From positions 60,001 to 92,000 of the forward strand of contig JAXLZO010000001.1 in assembly GCA_046350815.1 (NCBI GenBank): 32,000 nt of DNA, given 5' to 3'. The notes beneath the pieces were generated by a model. The model ran no database searches and was not told the DNA's origin. It saw nothing but the letters and a program-made list of their open reading frames with translations. Position numbers and translations under genes: made by a program. The DNA is from Candidatus Saccharimonadota bacterium (GTDB lineage Bacteria > Patescibacteriota > Gracilibacteria > BD1-5 > UBA2023). Below, one piece after another: positions 10,125 through 17,790 of this stretch (its first letter is position 1; every line of letters begins with the position of its first letter).

Positions 10125-10151
10125 ATTATAGTGATAGACCTGTATTGTCAA
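10125..10151 (-). promoter_or_regulatory. Putative promoter (TTGACA-15-TATAAT)
   Basis: Both hexamers are perfect consensus. The spacer is short at 15 nt. About 70 nt upstream of the 9765-10049 CDS. Confidence 0.45.
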
Positions 10152-10295
10152 TGATTTTCAAAGAGTTCTCAACGCAAACGATATCAAAGAAAAAATATCA
10201 TTATTTTGATCTTATTGTTCTTTGATTAATCCAAGCCTTGTTCATATTACCAAAAGTACATACCTCAATATTCACTACTTGTCAAGAAGAAATAT

Positions 10296-10325
10296 TTGTC
10301 AGAGAGAGAGAGAATATGTTACAAT
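10296..10325 (+). promoter_or_regulatory. Putative promoter (TTGTCA-18-TGtTACAAT, extended -10)
   Basis: Located about 28 nt upstream of ATG 10354. A (GA)n tract fills the spacer. Confidence 0.5.
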
Positions 10326-10353
10326 TTCCACACTATATTTCTAAAATCGTAAT

Positions 10354-11493
10354 ATGTGAGGATGAGGACCAGAACAATACACACCTTCTGTAAAGGAAGA
10401 AAAAGTAAATCCAAAACCAACTGTCGAAAGTACTACGGTAGCTCAAGACGCACTAGATGCAGCAAAAACAGATACACAAAAAGATCTTACAAAACTTCAG
10501 CAAGAAATTAGCAAAGTTAAAGTAGAAAAAAATGGAGTGAGGAAGTTTACAGAAGCACTTACTTACAATCAAAATTATAAAAAACAAGTAGAACAAATTC
10601 TTGGTACACCACTATGAGAATCACGTGAGAGCACAGCAATTATAGCGGATATCGAAACACTACAAAGTAATTTAAACGTAACACCCGACGGTGCACTCGG
10701 ACCAAAAACGTTTAAGGCATTAAAGGGGGAATGGGATAAGTCAAAAGAACAAAATCCAAAACTAACTTACAAGGAATTTATAAATAATTTGATAAATAGA
10801 AAAATCGACGTTCCAACAACCCCAACCAACCCAGTTCTATTAAATGATAAACCAACCATAACAGGTTCAGTTATAACAGAGGCAGTGACAGAAACAGATC
10901 CAACAAAAGATTTAAAACTAGATAAGGATAGCAACAAAGTAATATTTGGGAATAATAGCTTTGATTTTGAATTACAGTGAGATTGGAAAACTCTTGGTAT
11001 CGACCGAGACGCATATAAAATCATAGATAACAAAAGCTCCTACGATCTCAATATCCGTTGAAAAGAAGACAATGTAAGGATTGATAAATTGGGACTAAAA
11101 GAAGCTATTAAGGATGAAAAGCAAACTATAGAGGGTACCACAATCCCAAAAAAGGGATGACTCGGTGAACCAGTGACAATCATGATCAATAAAACAGAAG
11201 GAAAAAAGGAGCTAGCAAAAAAAGAAAATAAAGCTACTGACACCGCTCCGATCAATCCTATAGCTACAAACGATAGTTCACCTAATAACATTAACATTAC
11301 TTTGTGAAATATCACATTAGATAAACAAAATACAATTCAACCAGGAATTGATACTAGGAGTTCTCTTGAACAGAATCTTTCTAACATACCGCTACATCAA
11401 GATTTTCAAGTTGATACCAATATAAGTCCAGCCTTACAAGCGCAAATAGCTATACAACCAGTACAAGACGTACTTCAAGACACGGCAACCTAA
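10354..11493 (+). CDS. Hypothetical protein (379 aa) with a peptidoglycan-binding-like segment and no signal peptide
   Basis: Starts ATG TGA GGA TGA GGA (MGGGG). Contains ADIETLQSNLNVTPDGALGPKTFKAL, which resembles the PG_binding_1 motif. Seven in-frame TGA. Includes ORF 10789-10980. Stop TAA 11491-11493. Confidence 0.55.
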
Positions 11494-11496
11494 ACA

Positions 11497-11530
11497 GAAA
11501 AGGCGACTAAAAGTCGCCTTTTTATTTTTC
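11497..11530. terminator. Bidirectional terminator (AAGGCGACT-aaa-AGTCGCCTT plus T run)
   Basis: 9-bp stem between the convergent stops at 11493 and 11542. Confidence 0.75.
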
Positions 11531-11541
11531 ACCAAATCTCC

Positions 11542-11985
11542 TTAGTCTTTGGTGTATGTCGTTATAACAGTTGAGCCCTTCTGTGCTTGAATCTTCACAA
11601 GGATATCATGCCACAAGTAAGCACCCTCTATTTGGGACACATCATGCTGCAATCCATCAATCCGATTGGGTACACCATTCATGTTATTATCATAAACAGT
11701 AATTCTCTGACCGATAGAGTGTTCTGTATTTACTACAAACCCCTCGGACATATCTTTTTCGGATTTTGAAAAAGATATTTTATCGCCATGTATGACCTGA
11801 CAAACACGGAACGGAGTACAATCCTTGTCGGGTGTGACATGAAAATTTGCTCGAATCTCCTCTATCATACGAACATTATCCGCAATGGTGCTATATACAG
11901 GATCTGTGGGTTCTACAACAAAACCCGCAACCACGATACTTGGAATCATAGCCATAACAGCTAAGATAGCAGCATGTATTTTCAT
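11542..11985 (-). CDS. Secreted hypothetical protein (147 aa), paralog of 12084-12584
   Basis: Signal peptide MKIHAAILAVMAMIPSIVVA|GF. Two Cys. Shares ITVYDNNMNGVPNRIDGL...YLWHDILVKI with its neighbour. SD-like AGAGGAAG lies 6 nt upstream of the ATG. TGA-free. Confidence 0.65.
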   Translation of the reverse strand: MKIHAAILAVMAMIPSIVVAGFVVEPTDPVYSTIADNVRMIEEIRANFHVTPDKDCTPFRVCQVIHGDKISFSKSEKDMSEGFVVNTEHSIGQRITVYDNNMNGVPNRIDGLQHDVSQIEGAYLWHDILVKIQAQKGSTVITTYTKD

Positions 11986-12051
11986 TTATCTTCCTCTTGT
12001 TGTGCCTTTTTTGGCTGGGGAAATATAGAGACATTTGAAAAATATGCAAGT

Positions 12052-12078
12052 AAAAAGAGGGTACTAACCCTCTTTTGT
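12052..12078 (-). terminator. Terminator (AGAGGGT-acta-ACCCTCT)
   Basis: 7-bp stem with a T run on the minus strand, downstream of the stop at 12084. Confidence 0.6.
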
Positions 12079-12083
12079 TCTTC

Positions 12084-12584
12084 CTAGATAGCTCCTAGCT
12101 CTTTGGAAGATAGCGGTTGAGTAGACAGACGATCTACTATACTTTTAAGAATCGCATGATAGAAGAGAATTCCATCTAATTCAGATGATTCATTGTTCAA
12201 ACCATCAATTTCTTGAGGTATTCCGTCCATGTTATCATTAAAAATAGTGATAACACCACCTGTTTTTGCTTGTTTATGTTTGATAGCGATAGCAAAGCTT
12301 TGTGGAGATTCATCGCTTGGGGCAATGAAACCTATAGAAGCCTCAGCATCAGCAAGATCAATCATACGGCAAACATCTGCAGCCACACCATCACTACCAT
12401 ATTGCAATGTACAACCATCATCAATACGAGGCTGGAGATTATTTTGAATCTCCATGATCATGCTCAAATTTTGTGCAATGATCTGGCCTGGTGGAACATT
12501 GCTCTGCAGCGGTTCTGCAGCAAATCCCGCAAAAACAATCACCGGACAGAAAAACAATATCATAGCTACAATCAGACTTTTCAT
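12084..12584 (-). CDS. Secreted hypothetical protein (166 aa), paralog of 11542-11985
   Basis: Signal peptide MKSLIVAMILFFCPVIVFA|GF. Two Cys. Contains ITIFNDNMDGIPQEIDGL...LFYHAILKSI. AGGAG lies 7 nt upstream of the ATG. TGA-free. Confidence 0.65.
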   Translation of the reverse strand: MKSLIVAMILFFCPVIVFAGFAAEPLQSNVPPGQIIAQNLSMIMEIQNNLQPRIDDGCTLQYGSDGVAADVCRMIDLADAEASIGFIAPSDESPQSFAIAIKHKQAKTGGVITIFNDNMDGIPQEIDGLNNESSELDGILFYHAILKSIVDRLSTQPLSSKELGAI

Positions 12585-12658
12585 TTCTTTTCTCCTATTT
12601 GCATACCAAAATTTGGTCCGGAGAGTATAGGAATATTTCCCAAAAAATCAAAAAATGA

Positions 12659-13375
12659 TTATTCCCCGTCTCCACTAATCAATGTACCAAAATCAAGCTC
12701 TACGTCACTCTGAGCAAACTGGTCGATATCTTCAATACGACAGACAAATATAGGTATATGTTCATCTCGGGCAAGTGCAAACGCTGATTGATCAAATATT
12801 CTCAAATTCTTCTCAATAGCTGTATCATAGCTCACTCGATTATAACGTTTTGCATCGCTATGTTTGACTGGATCACGATCATAGACCCCATCGACCTTCG
12901 TACCTTTCACCACAACATTACAATCCAGCTCGAGACCACGAAGCACTGCTGCTGAATCGGTCGTGAAGAATGGATTGCCAGTGCCACCGACACAAATAAT
13001 GGCTCGTCCTTTTTCAAGATGGCGTAGTGCTCTTCGTCGAATAAATGGCTCTGCAACCTTGTCCACTTCAATACCTGACATGATACGAGTTTGACAGCCA
13101 GCCTTCTCGATCGCATCAGAGAGAGCCACGCCGTTGATAATAGTTGCCATCATTCCCATATAATCAGCACTTGCTCGATCGATTCACTTTGCTGCTCAGC
13201 TCACTCCACGGAAAATATTCCCTCATCCTATGACGATCACGAGTTGGTTACCAGAATGTGCAATTTTTGCAACTTTTGCAGAGAGATCATGAAGAAAATC
13301 TACATCAATGCCACCATCTTGCCTACCTTGCAGTGCTTCACCAGAGAGTTTAAGGAGGAGTCGTTTGATTTTCAT
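12659..13375 (-). CDS. pyrH: UMP kinase
   Basis: MKIKRLLLKLSGEAL...LVIVIG-G-GNIFRG...GTGNPFFTTDSAAVLRG...VDGVYDRDP. Joins ORF pieces 13223-13444 and 12659-13159 through TGA. Confidence 0.9.
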
Positions 13376-13413
13376 AAAAAGAGAAAGAGAGAAAAATAAA
13401 ATCCCAAAAGGGA

Positions 13414-14013
13414 TTATCGAGTGAGCGTCAGGACCCAGAGACAAACAGAAACCACAAATGTTACCATCAGTGTGATGACGAGAGTCTTGACGAGGACATG
13501 TTCTCGTTTGAGAGAATTCTCAAGAAAAGATACTTTCTCAATCATATGATTTTTTTCTTCTTCTCACTGAGATTTTGCACTCTCGAGAAGAAATGTTGCT
13601 TTTTTATATTCAGAAATACTGATCGTATTTTTCAACTCCGTCTCAGATTGCCCAAGTCGATAGGAAAGTTCTTGGATCATTTTATCTTTTACGGCAATTT
13701 TCTCATTTGCCTGATCATAAAGCTCACGATAATTCACCATATCTCTCATAGTATGTTTTGGAGTGGAGTGGAGTGTTACAACCGCTTCATCTTGTGTATC
13801 AACATAAGAATCTGAATCACCTGTCATAATAACAAAATCCTCCTGAATACCTCCGACACGAAGACGCTCAACATCTTCATCATGTAGATAGAGTTTTTTA
13901 CCAAGTTTACGAGATCGAATCTTGTTTGACTTAATATAGCGATCAATCGATCGGGTTGATACACCGAGAAGCGTTGCAGCCTTCTCTCGATCAACAGAGT
14001 ATGTACTTTCCAT
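13414..14013 (-). CDS. HTH (excisionase/MerR-like) DNA-binding protein with coiled coil and C-terminal TM anchor (199 aa)
   Basis: LLGVSTRSIDRYIKSNKIRSRKLGKKLYLHDEDVERL at the N-terminus. ORF 13564-14013 continues through a TGA to a hydrophobic tail LVITLMVTFVVSVCLWVLTL. Stop TAA 13414-13416, followed by the hairpin AATCCC-aaaa-GGGATT. Confidence 0.55.
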
Positions 14014-14064
14014 AGATGAGATTTTAGAGAGTCTAGCAAAAAATAGGGAGAAATCAAGAAGAAG

Positions 14065-15672
14065 TTATGATCAAATGAGATCCTCCACAAACCACGGATA
14101 GAGGTGGTAGTTACGCTCATTTCGTAATTGTTCATCTCGATAGTAGCGAGTGAGCTCACACTCTGCACGAATATAATACTCGAGTTGCCCGCTCATATTT
14201 CCATCTATAAAAATGAGTTCAGTCAGATCCTTGGATCGATCGATGAGATATTCCTTGAGTTGGGCTGGAAATGGCGAGAGACGTTCGATAATGATCGCCC
14301 CATATTCTGGATGATCTTTGCAAAGTCTCTCCATAAGATATGCATTGTACCCATAGAGGATAAACATTTTTGTTGCATCCGGATTGATCGTATAGTATCC
14401 TTTCTGAGTGTAGCGTTGATTGCAATGTTCAATTCCTGAAAGCTTCTTGAATCGCTTCTCAGTCATTGCTTCTTTCATCTCAGGTTTCTCACTGGTAGCC
14501 CCATACTCATCATGCTCGTATGAAGTCGCAATAAACTCACCATTTGCCAATCATGGTATAGTATATGGTGATATTCCATCGGTCTCAGCGAGACTATAGC
14601 GAGCAAATTTTTCATCAGGATGCTCTTCAAATTTTCCACGAAAAATCGGTGCAGGTTCGAGTGATTCAGCATCCAAACTCAACATACTTTCACTAAACTG
14701 CTTATCAACCAACACAATAACTGGATGCTGCAGAGTATCGGAAATATTGAGAGCCTCTCAAATCAAAGTGTAACCACGCTCATAGGTTGATGGAGAGAGA
14801 ACTATCGGTTTTGTATCACCAAAACTCGCATTAAGTGCATAGAGTAGGTCTGATTGCTCTTGAAAGGTCGGTGTTCCGGTTGATGGTCCAGCACGTTGCG
14901 AGAGAACATAGACACCACCAATTTCTGCCTGATGAGAATACGACAGAGACTCACTCATAAGAGCAAATCATCCACCACTTGTACCACACATAGCGCGAGC
15001 ACCTGCAAATTTTGCGCCGAGCATCGCCATAGCAACAGCAATCTCATCTTCTCCTTGGATGAAGGTGATCTCTGGATGCTTGACAACTTCATCGATAAGG
15101 GTGCTTGCAGGGGTCATTGGATAGGCAGAATAAAAATTCATTCCACTCGCAAGCGCCCCTCTTACAAGTACTTCATTCCCACCTACAAATTCACGAGAAT
15201 TTGACTGATACGAACCGCCATCATAGCAAGCCTCATCGATAGATACAGCACCAGCTCTCAGTGCACTGAGATTTTCATCATTGATTGCCCAGAGTGCTGT
15301 CTTTGCGAGAAAATGTTCAAATTCCGAGAGATTCAGTCCAAGGAGAGTTATTGATTGCCCCAATAAATACATATTTTTACGCTTGTAGGGCAAAGTTTTA
15401 TCCATCACAAATGTTTTACTCAAGTCATACACTGCCTCATTCTTCGTAACACCAAAAGTATCAATCGAGAGAAAGACATCAATAGAGCGAGAGAGAGCAG
15501 GAGCATGATCTCGATCAAATGCGAGGAGGAAAAGATTATTATCCCCCTTAACGGTCGATGCATATTCACGATCTCACATAACTCTATAACCAAGATGAGA
15601 GAGATATCATCCAAGAATCACCCCAAGCGTATTAATACCCGTGCCAGCAGCACCAGAAAAAGCAATTTGCAT
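14065..15672 (-). CDS. 2-oxoacid:ferredoxin oxidoreductase, fused gamma/alpha subunit (KorA/OforA-like)
   Basis: MQIAFSGAAGTGINTLG (gamma domain). GNEVLVRGALASGMNFYSAYPMTPAS and GTSGG-G-FALMSE (alpha domain). Five ORF-track pieces share one frame. True stop TAA 14065-14067. Confidence 0.8.
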
Positions 15673-15673
15673 A

Positions 15674-15706
15674 CAAAAAAAGAGAATACACACAGTATAT
15701 TCTCTT
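15674..15706 (-). terminator. Terminator (AGAGAATA-9 nt-TATTCTCT plus T7 on the minus strand)
   Basis: Downstream of the def stop. The T run ends 2 nt before the start codon at 15672. Confidence 0.6.
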
Positions 15707-15744
15707 GTGAAATGTTTGCAAAAGGTCTTTTTTAGTAGAGCAAA

Positions 15745-16242
15745 CTATAGCATTGGCTGTGGGGATTCATCCAACTTATCCACAAAAAGTATCCCATCAA
15801 GATGATCAATCTCATGCATCACCACACGAGCCGCAAATCCAGTAAGTTTGATTTTCTGAGATTTAAAATTCTCATCAAGATAGTGAAGTACGATCCAAGT
15901 AGAGCGAACAACGATTCATTTCTCTCACGGCACCGAGAAGCATGCCTCTTCTTCACGACACATTTCATTACTAGCTTCCACAATACATGGATTGATCATA
16001 CCAGCAACTCGACGAATTTCATATCCATCCGGCGTTTCAGTACCGAGCGCACAAGCAATAACTCGGAGATTCACACCGGTTTGAGGGGCAGCAAGACCAA
16101 CGGCGGTATCGTTAGATTTGACCCAATCGACAAGTTCTCTTGCGAGTATTTGAGCTTGCTTTTGTGTTGTTGAATCAACAAGAGTGCTTACCACACGCAA
16201 TATTTGATTATCGCGACCGGTTTGGATAGAACGATTCATCAT
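15745..16242 (-). CDS. def: Peptide deformylase
   Basis: GLAAPQTG, EACFSVPGEKG and HEIDHLDGILF motifs. Two in-frame TGA. Stop TAG 15745-15747. Confidence 0.9.
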
Positions 16243-16279
16243 AGAGAAAAGAGAAGAGTATAAATTATATAAGTAATCA

Positions 16280-16320
16280 AAAAAGCACAAAAGAAAAACA
16301 CTGGACCGAAGTCCAGTGTT
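16280..16320 (-). terminator. Strong terminator (AACACTGGAC-cgaa-GTCCAGTGTT, UUCG loop on the transcript, long T run)
   Basis: 10-bp perfect stem, 27 nt downstream of the stop at 16347. Confidence 0.8.
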
Positions 16321-16346
16321 GGTATCGCACCGCCTCCACGGCACGA

Positions 16347-17669
16347 CTATTTTTGATGATTACGTATGCGGGTAAACTCAGCGATCAAGGCGTCCAGTTG
16401 CACAACCTGATCTTGGGACAACTGTGGTATAGCAGCTGCTTCGATTTCTGCGATTTGAGCCTGCAACTGATTTTGTTGAACACCAGATTGCTCCAGATCC
16501 AAACTCGACTTTTCCACAGCCCCTTGCAGGGTTTGTACTTCTTCACGGGCCGTAAGCAATTGCTGCTCAAGTTCATCGACCTTAGCATGTGCTAAGGTCA
16601 GATTTTGCTGTTGTTGAACAAGGAGGGCTTGAACCTCCCCTTCAAAAAGCTTGGCTTTTTGAAGCTGATCCTGCAGATCATGCAGGATCGGGTCAGCTTC
16701 ACGACTTTTTTGAACCGAGCCGAACAGGGCAGCTGCTAAGCTGTTTGAGAGGCTTGGTGGCGTTGGCTTCTCTTTCACGATATTTTCCTCCTCCGCTACA
16801 GCGGAACCAATAATTCGATCTAATTTCGGCTCATAGTGAACCAATTTGCTAATAGGCTGATCCGCCTCCTCATCAGACGGACCCTCTTCAGCTGCACGGA
16901 TTTCGGCCGCAATCGCTTCAAGAGCAACCACTTCCTCCAGACGAATACCGAGGAGATCTTTATCGATCTTCCCATCGGCTGTAACGAGCCCCTGAATTGT
17001 ACACCAGTGATGGCGACACAACTCCAGATTCTCACCAACCTGTGGAAAAACACTAAGGATCATGCTGTTGACGCCTCGAGTGCACACTTCGCTTTTCAGC
17101 TTTGCATACTCACTCAATGCCACGATGAACCGGCGTGCCAGGGGATGATCAGGATGAGCAACACAATCTTGAGAGATTTCATGTGGCTTACGCTGCATGA
17201 GCTGCTCACGTTCAGCATGAGTGTTGGGTACCCACGTATCACAAAGCAGATCCATAACCTGGTTACTCTTGTTTGTCAGAGCATTCCTGAGGAGTTGTAA
17301 TACCCCTTCATCCCCCCGAAAGAACAGTACTGAATCAGTACGCTCCCCAGCAAGCACCAAAAACTCCGCGGGAGTGGTCTCAGTAGCAATAGTAACTGCA
17401 ACAGGGTTGTTACGATTTACCCAGAGTTTCCCACGCCCATCCTTGGAAGACCGGGCATTCCGAATAACCGTCAGGTCCATCTGCTGCGACCCCGGGATCT
17501 CATCCAGAAGATCGGAAATTTGCTGGTGCAAAAGCCGGTTCTCCTCAAAGAGTTTCCAGAAGAAGTTCCCAATCGCGCGGATTGGGTTTCGAAGTTCGAG
17601 CACGGATCCACTATGCGGACCCACTAACTGCAATTTTTCCCACACTTGTGGGCTTTGCGCTATTCCCAT
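16347..17669 (-). CDS. Hypothetical protein (440 aa): globular N-terminal part, acidic linker, Q/L/E-rich C-terminal coiled coil. GC-rich and TGA-free.
   Basis: Uninterrupted even in the standard code. GGAGG at 17675-17679, 5 nt upstream of ATG 17669. A 100-nt sample counted about 49% GC, against about 37% in the adjacent gene. Has its own promoter and terminator. Confidence 0.75.
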   Translation of the reverse strand: MGIAQSPQVWEKLQLVGPHSGSVLELRNPIRAIGNFFWKLFEENRLLHQQISDLLDEIPGSQQMDLTVIRNARSSKDGRGKLWVNRNNPVAVTIATETTPAEFLVLAGERTDSVLFFRGDEGVLQLLRNALTNKSNQVMDLLCDTWVPNTHAEREQLMQRKPHEISQDCVAHPDHPLARRFIVALSEYAKLKSEVCTRGVNSMILSVFPQVGENLELCRHHWCTIQGLVTADGKIDKDLLGIRLEEVVALEAIAAEIRAAEEGPSDEEADQPISKLVHYEPKLDRIIGSAVAEEENIVKEKPTPPSLSNSLAAALFGSVQKSREADPILHDLQDQLQKAKLFEGEVQALLVQQQQNLTLAHAKVDELEQQLLTAREEVQTLQGAVEKSSLDLEQSGVQQNQLQAQIAEIEAAAIPQLSQDQVVQLDALIAEFTRIRNHQK

Positions 17670-17762
17670 GATTGCCTCCAAGGCGTAATGGTTGTCTTGT
17701 TATAAATCCTGTTGTATGTAAATTACTAAGAGAAAATCCTAGCAACCCACACCAACAAGATC

Positions 17763-17790
17763 ACTATATATAAATATAATTACTTGTCAA
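17763..17790 (-). promoter_or_regulatory. Putative promoter (TTGACA-16-TATAGT)
   Basis: The -35 lies inside the last codons of the upstream 667-aa gene. Predicts an ~85-nt leader for the 440-aa gene. Confidence 0.5.

Noticed and set aside
12213-12713. Plus-strand 166-aa ORF 12213-12713
   Set aside because: It is antisense to the secreted paralog gene and overlaps the pyrH 3' end. Its composition is Cys/Ile/Ser-rich nonsense.
16353-17688. Plus-strand ORFs antisense to the 440-aa gene (16353-16595, 16589-16813, 16836-17300, 17221-17688)
   Set aside because: These are shadow ORFs, typical of a GC-richer coding region read on the opposite strand. They have no start or termination signals, and the minus-strand gene has an SD motif, a promoter and a terminator.
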